In this document: positions 1 through 10,595 of the stretch, one piece after another
Position numbering within the stretch: the first letter of the stretch is position 1
Layout of the letters: each line of letters opens with the position of its first letter
The notes under the pieces: model-generated
Told to the model about the DNA's origin: nothing
Seen by the model: only the letters and a program-made list of their open reading frames with translations
Database searches by the model: none
Program-made: the position numbers and the translations under genes
Assembly (NCBI GenBank): GCA_900317575.1
Contig: ONHH01000024.1
Location: 1 to 32,080 of the forward strand
DNA length: 32,080 bases
Direction: 5' to 3'
Source of the DNA: an uncultured Bacillota bacterium
Lineage (GTDB): Bacteria > Bacillota_I > Bacilli_A > ML615J-28 > CAG-313

Positions 1-1271
1 TATATTATTGAACTAAGATAATGCATGGTATCTATATTCATTTTAGTAACATATTCATTAGTTTTACTATCATATTCTTCATAATAGAGTTCAAAATCAT
101 GATTACTATATGTTTTATTTGGAGTTATTATTTCAAATTCATCAATTAATTTACTTATATTACTTAAGGTTACATAACATTTATCATCATTAATTAAAAG
201 TTTTGGAAATGCTTCATAATATACACCAGTTATTCCAAGTGTATTAAATGTATTAATTCTCCCTTCTTTAAGTTCTACATCATTCCAATATCTTTTTTCA
301 TAGGCTTTTAATATTTTTATCTGTTCTAAATATGGAAGGATATTATTTGGTATGATTAAATAATTAGTAAAATCTGGTACAATTAAATCGTAGTCTATAA
401 CATAAGCAATGTTATAATATTTTGCATAGCTATATAAGTAATTGATGTAGTGAGTGGTCGTTTTCCTCTTACTTATGAATTCTTCATAATCTATATCATT
501 AACTAATTCACAAGAGAAACCATTTTTATCATTTATAATTACTATTTCTGGATAAGGAACCTCTATTTCTAATGCTTTTAAATAATAATAGAATAATGAA
601 TCAGATAATTTATCTACTTTACCATTAACTTTTAAATCATAATAGTTATAAAAATTTATTTCTCTTTCTTTAAATGCTATTCTACTCTTAAGTCTTGTTA
701 CTAGCAATTCAAAATCTTCATCGCTTAAGTTAGTAAAAGCATCATCATATTTAAATCTAATAGATTCTACTAAATCTAAATTATCATACGTTCCATTACC
801 AGATATATATGCTACAAATAGACGATATCCATAATATCTATCATTTCTTTTTTCAACTATTTCGATAAGTATTTTTTTATTATCTATAAGATAAGTATTT
901 TTAATGTCGTTGTAATCATAAGGATAAGGTCTTTCAATTGCATATCTAGTAATACTATTTCTATTTTTTGGTATAGAATAATAAGTGTCTTTTTTATATA
1001 ATATTTTAGATTTACCTGTTAATTCCCCTATATAATCTTCACTAAATCTAAAATAGCGTTTTATATCTTGATATAGTGGTGAAAATTCAACAAATATACC
1101 ACTTGTTCCAGAAAAAGTACCCATTATATTATATTTAATATCATCAAAATGCTCTTCAAACTTTACAAAACTTAGATCCTTTTCTTCTTGTTCTTTATCT
1201 CTATCTTTCTTACAACTAGTTACTATAAATATAGATAATATTATGATAAATAATAATATACATTTTTTCAT
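1..1271 (-). CDS. Uncharacterised lipoprotein, 3'-truncated by the window edge (>=423 aa)
   Basis: Not in the ORF track. Manual translation from ATG at 1271 (GAGGT SD at 1279-1283) gives MKKCILLFIIILSIFIVTSCKKDRDKEQEEK..., i.e. basic N-terminus, hydrophobic core and lipobox VTS-C20. No in-frame stop down to position 1. Confidence 0.85.
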   Translation of the reverse strand, partial: MKKCILLFIIILSIFIVTSCKKDRDKEQEEKDLSFVKFEEHFDDIKYNIMGTFSGTSGIFVEFSPLYQDIKRYFRFSEDYIGELTGKSKILYKKDTYYSIPKNRNSITRYAIERPYPYDYNDIKNTYLIDNKKILIEIVEKRNDRYYGYRLFVAYISGNGTYDNLDLVESIRFKYDDAFTNLSDEDFELLVTRLKSRIAFKEREINFYNYYDLKVNGKVDKLSDSLFYYYLKALEIEVPYPEIVIINDKNGFSCELVNDIDYEEFISKRKTTTHYINYLYSYAKYYNIAYVIDYDLIVPDFTNYLIIPNNILPYLEQIKILKAYEKRYWNDVELKEGRINTFNTLGITGVYYEAFPKLLINDDKCYVTLSNISKLIDEFEIITPNKTYSNHDFELYYEEYDSKTNEYVTKMNIDTMHYLSSII

Positions 1272-1289
1272 AACTCATACCTCTTTTGA

Positions 1290-1319
1290 ATTATACCATG
1301 TTTTAACCTTTTTTACCAA
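1290..1319 (-). promoter_or_regulatory. Putative sigma-A promoter of the lipoprotein gene
   Basis: Extended -10 TGGTATAAT (1290-1298) with TTGGTA (1314-1319) 18 nt upstream of the hexamer. Confidence 0.5.
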
Positions 1320-1350
1320 ATAAAAAGATTCCTCTAATAAGAGGAATCCT
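1318..1350 (-). terminator. Intrinsic terminator ending the S10-spc-alpha cluster
   Basis: Stem GATTCCTCT (1327-1335)/AGAGGAATC (1340-1348), 4-nt loop, minus-strand U-tract, just after the rplQ stop. Confidence 0.85.
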
Positions 1351-1360
1351 ATTTTATTAA

Positions 1361-1723
1361 TTATTCTACGAATTCAATGATTGCCATTTCTGTTGCGTCA
1401 CCTCTACGTGGACCAAGTTTTAATACTCTTGTATATCCACCGTTACGGTTAGCAAATTTTGGAGCAATTTCACTAAATAGTTTTTGAATAGCGTAATTGT
1501 TTTCTTCGTCTTTTTCAAAACGTACAAGTTTAGCTGCTTGTCTTCTAGCTGCTAAGTCGCCTTTTTTACCTAATGTAACCATTCTATCAGCTAATTTTCT
1601 TAATTCTTTAGCTTTTGCTACAGTAGTTTCAATACGGCCATTTAATATTAAATCAGTTACTAAGTCACGGAATAGGGCTTTACGCTCAGCACTATGTTGA
1701 CTAAATCTGCGATATTCTGCCAT
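1361..1723 (-). CDS. rplQ: 50S ribosomal protein L17
   Basis: [13 protein letters not shown] and [17 protein letters not shown] motifs; position after rpoA. Confidence 0.98.
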   Translation of the reverse strand: MAEYRRFSQHSAERKALFRDLVTDLILNGRIETTVAKAKELRKLADRMVTLGKKGDLAARRQAAKLVRFEKDEENNYAIQKLFSEIAPKFANRNGGYTRVLKLGPRRGDATEMAIIEFVE

Positions 1724-1746
1724 TTTAATCTCCTTCTATCTTTCGA

Positions 1747-2829
1747 TTATTCTTCATCATCTGATTCATCTTCATCTTCATCATCTAAATCAAAGTTGAA
1801 AGTACTATTCTTTAAACTTAAGCCTTTAGAGTGAAGAACTTGGATTACTTGTTTTAATGATTTACGTCCTAAGTTTCTGATCTTCATCATTTCTTCTTCT
1901 GTCTTATCGATTAAATCACGAACTGTATTGATTTGTGCTCTCTTTAGACAGTTATAAGGACGAATATCTAAGCCTAATTCCTCTAGAGGTAGATCTAATA
2001 AGACATTGTCTACCTTTTCTTTTTCTTGAGTCATGTAATCTTTTTGAGCAATTTCAGTATTTAATGTTTCGATTACTTCATAATGATTGATTAAGAATCT
2101 AGCAGCAAGAGTGATTGCGTTAGTAGCAGTGATTGAACCATTAGTCCAAACTTCTATAACTAATTGATCACAGTCGAAATCATCTTCATAACGAGTCTTA
2201 CTAACTTCATATTTACAACGATCTACTGGAGTAAATATTGAATCTATTGCAAGATAGCCATTTAGACGAGTATATTCATCTTTACAATATAATTTATTGT
2301 TTTCAGTACTTGATACATAACCTACACCATTACGTACTAATAGACGCATATCTAAAGTTTTACCTTTTGATAAAGTACAGATTACTTGATCTTTATTAAC
2401 TACTTCGATGAAATCTTGTCCTTCAACATTAATTTGACCTGCTGTTACTGCAAATTCATTATCAGTATCATTAGTGAAATTAAGAGAAACTTCATATGTT
2501 TGATCTTGATCACCAAAATCACCTTTTTCACAATCTTCACGATTAATAGTAAAGATAATGTTTTTAATATTAAGAATGATTTCAGTTACATCTTCTTTAA
2601 TTCCTTCAACTGCACAGAATTCATGAGCTACGCCTTCAATTTTTACCGCAAGTGCTGCTGCACCTGGGATTGAAGAGATAAGAACTCTTCTTAAAGAATT
2701 ACCTAAAGTCATACCATAGCCACGTTTAAGTGGTGATATTTTTAACTTACAGTAATTATCATCAACAGTTCCATCTTCAAGTGGAATTAGCTCTAATTTT
2801 GGTTTTATAAATTCAATTCTTTTATTCAT
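1747..2829 (-). CDS. rpoA: RNA polymerase alpha subunit
   Basis: PLKRGYGMTLGNSLRRVL, IDSIFTPV and CTD NCLKRA...RNLGRKSL motifs; lies between rpsK and rplQ. Confidence 0.98.
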   Translation of the reverse strand: MNKRIEFIKPKLELIPLEDGTVDDNYCKLKISPLKRGYGMTLGNSLRRVLISSIPGAAALAVKIEGVAHEFCAVEGIKEDVTEIILNIKNIIFTINREDCEKGDFGDQDQTYEVSLNFTNDTDNEFAVTAGQINVEGQDFIEVVNKDQVICTLSKGKTLDMRLLVRNGVGYVSSTENNKLYCKDEYTRLNGYLAIDSIFTPVDRCKYEVSKTRYEDDFDCDQLVIEVWTNGSITATNAITLAARFLINHYEVIETLNTEIAQKDYMTQEKEKVDNVLLDLPLEELGLDIRPYNCLKRAQINTVRDLIDKTEEEMMKIRNLGRKSLKQVIQVLHSKGLSLKNSTFNFDLDDEDEDESDDEE

Positions 2830-2880
2830 TAATTCCTCCTATAAAAGTATGAATTGTGTATTTATTGTATAGTTTATCTC

Positions 2881-3267
2881 TTATACGTGACGAGGTTTTG
2901 GAGGACGACAACCATTATGTGGAATTGGTGTTACGTCTTGAATTGAAACAATTTGTAAATGTGCTACTTGTAAAGCTCTAATTGCTGATTCACGACCTGG
3001 GCCTGGACCTTTAACTACAACTTCTACTTTTTGCATACCATTATCTACAGCTGTTTTGCCTGCAGCTTCTGCTGCTGTTTGTGCTGCGAATGGAGTAGAC
3101 TTTTTACTACCTTTAAAGCCAACTGCACCTGCAGATGACCATGCAACTACATTACCTTCAGGATCAGTAATAGTTACAATTGTATTATTATAAGTTGAGT
3201 GAATATGAGCAACTCCTAATGGAACGCTCTTCTTAACTCTACGTTTACGAACTACTTTTTGTGCCAT
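2881..3267 (-). CDS. rpsK: 30S ribosomal protein S11
   Basis: [14 protein letters not shown] and [14 protein letters not shown] motifs. Confidence 0.99.
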   Translation of the reverse strand: MAQKVVRKRRVKKSVPLGVAHIHSTYNNTIVTITDPEGNVVAWSSAGAVGFKGSKKSTPFAAQTAAEAAGKTAVDNGMQKVEVVVKGPGPGRESAIRALQVAHLQIVSIQDVTPIPHNGCRPPKPRHV

Positions 3268-3283
3268 TATTTGTTACCTCCTA

Positions 3284-3649
3284 TTATTTCTTCTTATTAG
3301 CTACTGTCTTAGCAGGGCCTTTTCTTGTACGAGCATTTGTTCTTGTTCTTTGACCTCTTACAGGAAGACCTTTACGATGTCTAAGTCCACGATAGCTTCC
3401 AATTTCCATTAATCTCTTGATATCCATTGCGGTATCACGACGTAAGTCACCTTCTACCTTATGTTGTGCTACGCCTTGACGGATTAATGTTAATTCTTCT
3501 TCATTTAAATCTTTTACTCTTTTAAGTGGATCAATACCAGCATCTGCTAAAATTTTAGCTGCTGTTGGTCTACCGATACCATAAATATATGTTAATGAAA
3601 TTCCAATATTCTTTTCATTTGGAATATCAACACCTGCGATACGTGCCAT
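3284..3649 (-). CDS. rpsM: 30S ribosomal protein S13
   Basis: [10 protein letters not shown] and [18 protein letters not shown] motifs. Confidence 0.99.
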   Translation of the reverse strand: MARIAGVDIPNEKNIGISLTYIYGIGRPTAAKILADAGIDPLKRVKDLNEEELTLIRQGVAQHKVEGDLRRDTAMDIKRLMEIGSYRGLRHRKGLPVRGQRTRTNARTRKGPAKTVANKKK

Positions 3650-3662
3650 ATTATGCCTCCTC

Positions 3663-3779
3663 TTATCCTTGTCTTTGTTTGTGTTTAGGGTAAGCAGAGC
3701 AAATTACCATAACACGTCCATGTCTTTTAATTACTTTACATTTATCACAAATAGGTTTAACTGATGGTCTAACCTTCAT
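3663..3779 (-). CDS. rpmJ: 50S ribosomal protein L36 (Zn-binding type, 38 aa)
   Basis: Below the ORF-track size cutoff. Manual translation [38 protein letters not shown]; AGGAGGT SD upstream. Confidence 0.97.
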   Translation of the reverse strand: MKVRPSVKPICDKCKVIKRHGRVMVICSAYPKHKQRQG

Positions 3780-3839
3780 GTGTGTTACCTCCTAAATTTT
3801 AAAACAACGAATTGTTTATTGCTCATTAAATATTAATCG

Positions 3840-4061
3840 TTATTTATAACGATATGTAATTCGTCCACGTGTTAAATCATATGGCGATATTTCGACAGTC
3901 ACTTTATCACCTGGTAAAATGCGGATCGTATGCATACGTATTTTACCAGAAACGTGGGCTGTAATAACTTGACCATTTGCGGTAAGCTTTACTTTAAATA
4001 CAGTATTAGGTAATACTTCAACGACTGTTCCTTCGGTTTCAAATACATCATTCTTTGACAT
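3840..4061 (-). CDS. infA: Translation initiation factor IF-1
   Basis: AHVSGKIRM...[26 protein letters not shown]. Confidence 0.99.
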   Translation of the reverse strand: MSKNDVFETEGTVVEVLPNTVFKVKLTANGQVITAHVSGKIRMHTIRILPGDKVTVEISPYDLTRGRITYRYK

Positions 4062-4085
4062 TATTCTTCTCCTATACCGCCAGCA

Positions 4086-4736
4086 TTAATTGAATTTCTT
4101 TAGTGCTTCAACGATTAAATTAGTAGTATGTTCAGCACTCTTATTAGAATCAATAGTTATAAGAAGATTTCTTTTCTTATAATATTCAATTAATGGTTCT
4201 GTTTGTTCGCTATATATAGCAAGTCTTGTCTTAATTGTTTCTTCGTTATCATCTTTTCTTTGAATTAATGGAGCACCACATACATCACAAATACCATCTT
4301 TCTTTGGTTTCTTTGTAACTAAATTGTAGCTTGCGTCACATTTAGAACATAAACGACGATTAACAATTCTTTGAATAATTAATTTATGATCAACATCTAG
4401 ATCGATTGTAGCATCTAGTTTCATTCCTAATTCTTTTAGAATATCATTTAATTTATCTGCTTGATTAATATTTCTTGGAAATCCATCAAGTAGGAAACCT
4501 TTTTTACAATCATCTTGACTTAAACGATCTTTAACAAGACCACATGTAACTTCATCAGGTACAAATTTACCATTGTCAATTAGTTCTTTAGCAATTTTAC
4601 CTAATTCAGTTTGATTCTTTATTGCTTCACGAAACATGTCTCCAGTTGAGATATGGGGGATGCCGTAGATCTTAACTAAGTCTGCGGCAGCAGTCCCCTT
4701 ACCAGAACCAGGAGCACCTAGTAATATTAGATGCAT
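4086..4736 (-). CDS. adk: Adenylate kinase (Zn-LID type)
   Basis: P-loop GAPGSGKGT, HISTGDMFR, LLDGFPR and LID CSKC...CDVC. Confidence 0.99.
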   Translation of the reverse strand: MHLILLGAPGSGKGTAAADLVKIYGIPHISTGDMFREAIKNQTELGKIAKELIDNGKFVPDEVTCGLVKDRLSQDDCKKGFLLDGFPRNINQADKLNDILKELGMKLDATIDLDVDHKLIIQRIVNRRLCSKCDASYNLVTKKPKKDGICDVCGAPLIQRKDDNEETIKTRLAIYSEQTEPLIEYYKKRNLLITIDSNKSAEHTTNLIVEALKKFN

Positions 4737-4760
4737 TAATTCTTTCTCCTTTTGATCATT

Positions 4761-6080
4761 TTACATGAAGCCACGATAGTCTTGAGACTGAGTAGCTGTC
4801 TTAATTTGCTTAAATGTCTCAATGGCTACACCAACTACGATCATTAATGATGTACCACCAATTTGTACACTTGATGGTAAGTTAGTAAAGATTAAACCTA
4901 CAATCATTGGTAATGCCGCAAGAATAGCTAAGTATGTTGCGCCTAGTAGGGTAATCTTAAATAATACTTTTGAAATATATTGAGCTGTTGCTTCACCAGG
5001 TTTAACACCAGGAATATAAGCATTTTGCTTCTTTAAGTTATCACTAATCTTATCTGGATTAATTTGTAAGAAAGAATAGAAGAAGCTAAAGATAAATATT
5101 AAAATAATATATATAGCAAATCCTATTGGTTTCTTGAAACTAAATACGATTGTCCACCATTCACTTACTGTCTTACCACTATTTTCTAAGAAATTAATAA
5201 TAGTTGTAGGGAAAGATAAAAGTGTTGATGCGAAGATTACTGGGATAACTGAAGCACTATTAAGCTTTAATGGAATATTTGAATCTTGATTTCCAGCAAA
5301 TCTTGATGCAGCTGGACGGTTAGCATATTGAATAGGAATCTTTCTTACTAAACCTTCCATCCATACAACACCAACAATTATTGCAACGAATAGTAATAAT
5401 ACTAATACATAATACAAGATACCTTGCCATTGTAATACGCCATCAGTATAATAAGTACCTGTCTTAGATCCTAAGAAGTATTCCCAAAGTGATGTCATCA
5501 TTGTAGGGAAGCTTGCGATGATACCAGCAGTAATCATCATTGAAGCACCATTACCAACACCATGAGCACTCATTTGATCGGCAAGCCATAGTACAAATGC
5601 TGAACCAGCTGTTACTACTAATGCCATATAAATATATGTAAAGATATCATATTCAGTATTAGGAACATATTGGAAGAATTGATAATTGTAGCTTACTTTG
5701 TAACCAACAATTAATGCAAGACCTTCAACAAATGCAAGGAATAGAGCGATGTAACGAGTCCATCTATTTAATTTTTCTTTTCCTGCTTCACCTTCTTCTG
5801 CCCATTCAGCAAATTGAGGTACGATATCCATTTGTAATAATTGAACAATGATACTAGCGTTAATATAAGGGCTAATACCTAAAGCTAGAATTGAGAAGCT
5901 TTGTAAAGCACCACCGGTAAAGATATCTAAGAATCCAAAGATTGATGTAGATGTAGTACCCTGAGAAAATTCTACAAAAGGTAATCTAATATGTACACCA
6001 ACACGCCAGATAAATAGGCATAAAGCTGTAAATAATATTGCAAGAATTAATTTCTTATTCTTTGAAAAGAATGCAGCCAT
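4761..6080 (-). CDS. secY: Preprotein translocase subunit SecY
   Basis: FSILALGISPYINASIIVQLL, GVGNGASMMI, IPGVKPG and GGTSLMIVVGV motifs; about 10 TM segments. Confidence 0.98.
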   Translation of the reverse strand: MAAFFSKNKKLILAILFTALCLFIWRVGVHIRLPFVEFSQGTTSTSIFGFLDIFTGGALQSFSILALGISPYINASIIVQLLQMDIVPQFAEWAEEGEAGKEKLNRWTRYIALFLAFVEGLALIVGYKVSYNYQFFQYVPNTEYDIFTYIYMALVVTAGSAFVLWLADQMSAHGVGNGASMMITAGIIASFPTMMTSLWEYFLGSKTGTYYTDGVLQWQGILYYVLVLLLFVAIIVGVVWMEGLVRKIPIQYANRPAASRFAGNQDSNIPLKLNSASVIPVIFASTLLSFPTTIINFLENSGKTVSEWWTIVFSFKKPIGFAIYIILIFIFSFFYSFLQINPDKISDNLKKQNAYIPGVKPGEATAQYISKVLFKITLLGATYLAILAALPMIVGLIFTNLPSSVQIGGTSLMIVVGVAIETFKQIKTATQSQDYRGFM

Positions 6081-6081
6081 C

Positions 6082-6522
6082 TTACTTGCCCTCGATTGTT
6101 CCGCCAGCTTTGACTATTTTTTCTTCAGCAGCCTTTGATAACTTAGCTACTTTAAATGTTAATGCTTTATCTAATTCGCCAACTGCGAGTACTTTAACTC
6201 CTTCATATTCCTTTTTAATTAAGCCGACTTTCTTTAGTGATTCACTATCAACTACAGCACCAGCTTCAAATTTGTCATTAATTTGTTTTAAATTAACAAC
6301 TGCATATTCATGAGCGTGAATATTTGTAAAACCTCTCTTAGGAATACGTTTGAATAATGGAGTTTGTCCACCTTCATAACCAGGTCTTACACCTCTTCCA
6401 CGAGCATTTTGTCCCTTAGTTCCACGGCCAGCTGTTTTACCAGTTCCGCTTCCAATTCCACGACCTACTCTTTTACGATCACGTACTGCACCATCAGCAG
6501 GTTTTAATTCATTTAATTTCAT
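6082..6522 (-). CDS. rplO: 50S ribosomal protein L15
   Basis: [17 protein letters not shown] and GYEGGQTPL motifs. Start moved to MKLNELK (ATG 6522, AGGAGG SD). Confidence 0.97.
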   Translation of the reverse strand: MKLNELKPADGAVRDRKRVGRGIGSGTGKTAGRGTKGQNARGRGVRPGYEGGQTPLFKRIPKRGFTNIHAHEYAVVNLKQINDKFEAGAVVDSESLKKVGLIKKEYEGVKVLAVGELDKALTFKVAKLSKAAEEKIVKAGGTIEGK

Positions 6523-6532
6523 TGTTTGCCTC

Positions 6533-6721
6533 CTACTCTTCTTCAACAGTTACTAAATGAGCAACTGTTTTAGCCATTGCTTTAACTTCTGGATTATTAG
6601 GACGGTAAGAAACAGAACCTACTTTTCCTAAACCTAAAGCTTTTAGAGTGGCTTTTTGATTCTTAGTGATGCCAATAGGACTTCTAAATAATGTAATTTT
6701 TAATTGATTTTTATCAGCCAT
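6533..6721 (-). CDS. rpmD: 50S ribosomal protein L30
   Basis: [11 protein letters not shown]...TLKALGL...VAHLV; lies between rpsE and rplO. Start moved to ATG 6721 behind AGGTG. Confidence 0.93.
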   Translation of the reverse strand: MADKNQLKITLFRSPIGITKNQKATLKALGLGKVGSVSYRPNNPEVKAMAKTVAHLVTVEEE

Positions 6722-6733
6722 AGTTCTCACCTA

Positions 6734-7237
6734 TTAAAGAATTTCTTCTTTAGCCTTTCCTCTAACTTGTGCAACTTCTTCAGCTGTACGTACTTGCATT
6801 AAAGCATTGAATGTAGCTCTAACAATATTAATTGGTGTATTTGAACCTTGTGATTTAGATACGATATCTTGGATACCAGCAAGTTCTACTACGTTACGAA
6901 CAGGACCACCTGCTACGATACCAGTACCTTCAGGAGCTGGTTTAAGAAGTACTCTACCAGCATCTTGAACACCGATAATTTCATGAGGAATAGTAGTACC
7001 TACAACTGGAACATTAATAACATTCTTTTTAGCATCTGCTAGTGCTTTCTTGATAGCTTCAGGAACTTCACCAGCTTTACCAGTACCGAAACCAACACGG
7101 CCTTTACGGTCACCAATAACTACTAAAGCAGCAAAACGCATTCTACGACCACCTTTTACTACTTTGGTAATACGATTAATGGTAACAACACGTTCTTCGA
7201 ATTCTTTTTCTTCTTCTCTTCTATTTTGCTTTTCCAT
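6734..7237 (-). CDS. rpsE: 30S ribosomal protein S5
   Basis: [22 protein letters not shown] and GTGIVAGG motifs. Confidence 0.99.
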   Translation of the reverse strand: MEKQNRREEEKEFEERVVTINRITKVVKGGRRMRFAALVVIGDRKGRVGFGTGKAGEVPEAIKKALADAKKNVINVPVVGTTIPHEIIGVQDAGRVLLKPAPEGTGIVAGGPVRNVVELAGIQDIVSKSQGSNTPINIVRATFNALMQVRTAEEVAQVRGKAKEEIL

Positions 7238-7247
7238 GTGTTACCTC

Positions 7248-7610
7248 CTAGAATTTTAATCCTGCTTCTCTTGCAGCATCTGCTAAAGCTTGAACTCTAC
7301 CATGATATAAGAAACCAGCACGGTCAAATACAACTTCTGTAATACCAGCTTTTAAAGCTCTTTCAGCTAGAGTTTTACCTACTAATTTAGCAGCTTCTAC
7401 ATTAGAACCATTCGCAAATTTATTTTCCTTTTCAAAGCTAGAACTAGAAACTAGTGTAATACCTTTAGTATCATCAATAATTTGAGCAGAAATATTCTTA
7501 TTAGAACGGAATACTGCAAGACGAGGTCTTTCAGTAGTACCACTTAATGTTCTACGAATATGTTTATGACGTTCAGCTCTAGCAATTTTCTTATCTTGAA
7601 TCTTAATCAT
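7248..7610 (-). CDS. rplR: 50S ribosomal protein L18
   Basis: [20 protein letters not shown] and [19 protein letters not shown] motifs. Confidence 0.99.
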   Translation of the reverse strand: MIKIQDKKIARAERHKHIRRTLSGTTERPRLAVFRSNKNISAQIIDDTKGITLVSSSSFEKENKFANGSNVEAAKLVGKTLAERALKAGITEVVFDRAGFLYHGRVQALADAAREAGLKF

Positions 7611-7631
7611 ATTATACTAAGTCTCTCCTTT

Positions 7632-8168
7632 CTATTTAGCTTTCTTTCCTTCTTTACGACGAATATATTCGCCATGATAGTGGATACCTTTACCTTTATA
7701 TGGTTCAGGTTTACGTACTTTACGAACATTAGCCGCAAATTCACCAACTAGTTGTTTATCAGCACCAGTTATATGAATTTCAGTTGGATTAGGAACAGTT
7801 ACAGTTAAGCCCTTAGGTACTACGAATTCTACTGGATGAGAATAACCAGCAGCAAGTACTAATTTAGTACCTTGTAATTGAGCACGGTAACCAACACCAA
7901 CAATTTCAAGAACCTTTTCAAATTGTTCATTTACACCAACTACCATATTATGGATGTTAGCACGAGTTGTTCCATGTAATGAACGATGAATACGATCATC
8001 ACTTGGACGAGTAACATGAATTTCAGTTCCTTCTACTTTAACACCAATTTCCTTATTAAATGTGTAAGATAATTCACCTTTGCCACCTTTAACAGTAATT
8101 GTATTATCTTTTACTTCAACAGTAACGCCTGCAGGAATAGTAATAGGTTTATTTCCAATTCTTGACAT
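7632..8168 (-). CDS. rplF: 50S ribosomal protein L6
   Basis: MSRIGNKPI and [11 protein letters not shown] motifs. Start moved to ATG 8168. Confidence 0.98.
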   Translation of the reverse strand: MSRIGNKPITIPAGVTVEVKDNTITVKGGKGELSYTFNKEIGVKVEGTEIHVTRPSDDRIHRSLHGTTRANIHNMVVGVNEQFEKVLEIVGVGYRAQLQGTKLVLAAGYSHPVEFVVPKGLTVTVPNPTEIHITGADKQLVGEFAANVRKVRKPEPYKGKGIHYHGEYIRRKEGKKAK

Positions 8169-8176
8169 ATATCCTC

Positions 8177-8569
8177 CTACCAAACATAAGCAATGACTTC
8201 GCCACCAAGTTTTTGTTTTCTTGCTTCACGATCAGTCATAACTCCGTTTGAAGTTGAAATTACTGCAATACCTAAACCATTAAGAACTTTTGGAAGTTCA
8301 GTTGATTTAGCATATACTCTAAATCCAGGTTTACTAATTCTCTTTAAACCTTTAATTACTCTTTCCTTATTAATGTACTTAAGAGTTACTTTAATAACAC
8401 CTTGTTTTCCATCTTCAATCTTTTCATATTCTGCAATGTAACCTTCATTCTTTAAAACATTAAGAATTTCAAGTTTAATTCTTGATGCAGGTAATTCTAC
8501 TTCTTGATGTTTTGCTTGATTAGCATTACGAATTCTAGTTAACATATCTGCAATTGGATCAGTCATCAT
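8177..8569 (-). CDS. rpsH: 30S ribosomal protein S8
   Basis: [19 protein letters not shown] and GGEVIAYVW motifs. Confidence 0.99.
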   Translation of the reverse strand: MMTDPIADMLTRIRNANQAKHQEVELPASRIKLEILNVLKNEGYIAEYEKIEDGKQGVIKVTLKYINKERVIKGLKRISKPGFRVYAKSTELPKVLNGLGIAVISTSNGVMTDREARKQKLGGEVIAYVW

Positions 8570-8588
8570 AATTGTCTAGACCTCCTTC

Positions 8589-8774
8589 TTACCAGCTTGA
8601 CTTTGTAACGCCAGGAATTTGTCCTTTATATGCAAGATCTCTTAAGCAGCAACGGCAAAGTTTGAACTTGCGATATACAGAATGAGGGCGTCCACAACGT
8701 TCACAGCGAGTGTATTCTTGTGTACTAAATTTATGCTTTTTATTGCATTTAACTTTTTGAGATGTTTTAGCCAT
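8589..8774 (-). CDS. rpsN: 30S ribosomal protein S14, short Zn-binding (type Z) form
   Basis: 61 aa with RCERCGRP...[11 protein letters not shown]...IPGVTKSSW. Confidence 0.97.
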   Translation of the reverse strand: MAKTSQKVKCNKKHKFSTQEYTRCERCGRPHSVYRKFKLCRCCLRDLAYKGQIPGVTKSSW

Positions 8775-8783
8775 AAAAACCTC

Positions 8784-9326
8784 CTACTTTCTAGCGAAAG
8801 GCATGCCTAATTTAGTTAATAGAGCACGACCTTCCTCGTCAGTTTTAGCAGTGGTAACAATAACAATATCCATACCACGAATTTTTAATACTTTATCATA
8901 GTCGATTTCAGGAAAAATTAATTGTTCTTTAATACCTAAAGTATAATTTCCTCTTCCATCAAAAGCATTAGGATTGACACCACGGAAGTCTCTAACACGT
9001 GGAAGAGCGATTGAAACTAATTTATCATAGAATTCATACATTCTTTCACCACGTAAAGTAACTTTTGCACCGATTGACATTCCTTCACGAAGTTTGAATA
9101 CAGCAATTGATTTCTTTGCTTTAGTAACAAGTGGTTTTTGACCAGTGATTTGAGTTAAATCGTCAACTGCAGCATCTAGTAGTTTAGAGTTGGAGATAGC
9201 ATCACCAACACCCATATTGATTACAATTTTAACAATCTTTGGAACTTGCATTACAGAAGTATATTTAAATTCTTCTTTTAGTTCGGGTAATACATTATTC
9301 TTATAATTTTCTAATACACGATTCAT
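8784..9326 (-). CDS. rplE: 50S ribosomal protein L5
   Basis: [18 protein letters not shown] and FDGRGNY motifs. Confidence 0.99.
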   Translation of the reverse strand: MNRVLENYKNNVLPELKEEFKYTSVMQVPKIVKIVINMGVGDAISNSKLLDAAVDDLTQITGQKPLVTKAKKSIAVFKLREGMSIGAKVTLRGERMYEFYDKLVSIALPRVRDFRGVNPNAFDGRGNYTLGIKEQLIFPEIDYDKVLKIRGMDIVIVTTAKTDEEGRALLTKLGMPFARK

Positions 9327-9339
9327 TTAATGCTCCTTC

Positions 9340-9663
9340 CTATTTACTAAGTTCAGTACCAGAAAGTTTGCAGAATCTAATCTTAACTTTCTTACCGTCT
9401 TTCTCAATAAATTTATAACCAATTTTTGTAGCTTTCTTTTGTTTTGGATCAAGATAAGCAACCTTTGATACATGCATAGGTGCTTCTCTCTTTTCAATTC
9501 CACCATCAGGTTTTGCGTTAGTAGGACGTTGATGCTTTGTTACAAGATTAACACCTTTAACGATTACTCTTTGAGTGGCTGGAGAGGCAGCTACTACTTC
9601 ACCAGTTTTGCCTTTTTCAGGACCAGATATAACGATTACAACGTCGCCTTTTTTGATTCTCAT
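9340..9663 (-). CDS. rplX: 50S ribosomal protein L24
   Basis: KOW motif IKKGDVVIVISGPEKGKTG; EAPMHVSKV. Confidence 0.98.
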   Translation of the reverse strand: MRIKKGDVVIVISGPEKGKTGEVVAASPATQRVIVKGVNLVTKHQRPTNAKPDGGIEKREAPMHVSKVAYLDPKQKKATKIGYKFIEKDGKKVKIRFCKLSGTELSK

Positions 9664-9675
9664 AATAGCTCCTTC

Positions 9676-10044
9676 CTATAGCACTTCTGGTGCAAGTGAT
9701 ACGATCTTCATATAATCGAAGTCTCTTAATTCTCTTGCAACAGGGCCAAAAATACGTGTGCCTCTTGGAGTCTTATCTTCTTTAATAATAACGCCTGCAT
9801 TATCATCAAATTTAATATAAGATCCATCAGCTCTTCTTAATGGTTTTGTAGTTCTTACGATTACGCATTTAACTACATCACCTTTCTTAACAGTTCCACC
9901 AATGTTTGCATCTTTAACAGAACATACACAAACATCACCTACAGTAGCAGTTTTATGTCTTGCACCACCTAGGATTTTGATAATTAGAAGTTCTTTAGCG
10001 CCGGAATTATCAGCAACTTTTAAACGAGTTTCTTGTTGAACCAT
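9676..10044 (-). CDS. rplN: 50S ribosomal protein L14
   Basis: VADNSGAK and [15 protein letters not shown] motifs. Confidence 0.99.
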   Translation of the reverse strand: MVQQETRLKVADNSGAKELLIIKILGGARHKTATVGDVCVCSVKDANIGGTVKKGDVVKCVIVRTTKPLRRADGSYIKFDDNAGVIIKEDKTPRGTRIFGPVARELRDFDYMKIVSLAPEVL

Positions 10045-10059
10045 TGTTAGAACCTCCTA

Positions 10060-10320
10060 TTAAAGAATTATAGCTTCTTGAACAACTCTAACTAAACGAT
10101 AACGTTTAGTAGCTGATAGAGGACGAGTTTCCATAATTTCTACGATATCGCCTTCCTTACAAACATTTTGTTCATCATGAGCTCTAAATTTCTTTGAATA
10201 TTTTACTCTTTTACCATATAAAGCATGTTTACGGTAAGTTTCTACTAAGACAGTTATTGTTTTGTCATTTTTACTAGAAACAACTTTACCAACATATACC
10301 TTACGACTATTTCTTTCCAT
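10060..10320 (-). CDS. rpsQ: 30S ribosomal protein S17
   Basis: [14 protein letters not shown] and [10 protein letters not shown] motifs. Start moved to MERNSRK (ATG 10320, GGAGGT SD). Confidence 0.97.
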   Translation of the reverse strand: MERNSRKVYVGKVVSSKNDKTITVLVETYRKHALYGKRVKYSKKFRAHDEQNVCKEGDIVEIMETRPLSATKRYRLVRVVQEAIIL

Positions 10321-10337
10321 AGTATTACTTACCTCCA

Positions 10338-10595
10338 TTACTTAGCTTCGCTACGACGTTCAGTTTGAACTGTATAGCATCTAGCGATTTCTTTCTTTAC
10401 TTTACGAAGATCAGCAGTCTTATCTAACTTACCAACTGAAGCTTGGAAGCGTAGGTTAAATAATTCTTGTTTTAATTCGTTAATTCTTTGTTGTAATTCT
10501 TCGTCTGATAAATGTCTAATTTTTTCAGCTGCAGTTTCTCTAACTACTTGCTTCTTAGCTTTTTTATCAGCAACTACTTTCTTTTCCTTAGCCAT
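10338..10595 (-). CDS. rpmC: 50S ribosomal protein L29 with N-terminal basic extension
   Basis: [23 protein letters not shown]...KKEIAR; lies between rplP and rpsQ, with a TAATG stop/start overlap with rplP. Confidence 0.95.
   Translation of the reverse strand: MAKEKKVVADKKAKKQVVRETAAEKIRHLSDEELQQRINELKQELFNLRFQASVGKLDKTADLRKVKKEIARCYTVQTERRSEAK

Noticed and set aside
1361-3649. Absence of rpsD from the alpha operon
   Set aside because: This is the normal arrangement in Bacilli and Mollicutes.
3795-3841. Possible hairpin in the infA-rpmJ spacer
   Set aside because: Only short AT-rich pairings are present, with no support for a conserved structure.
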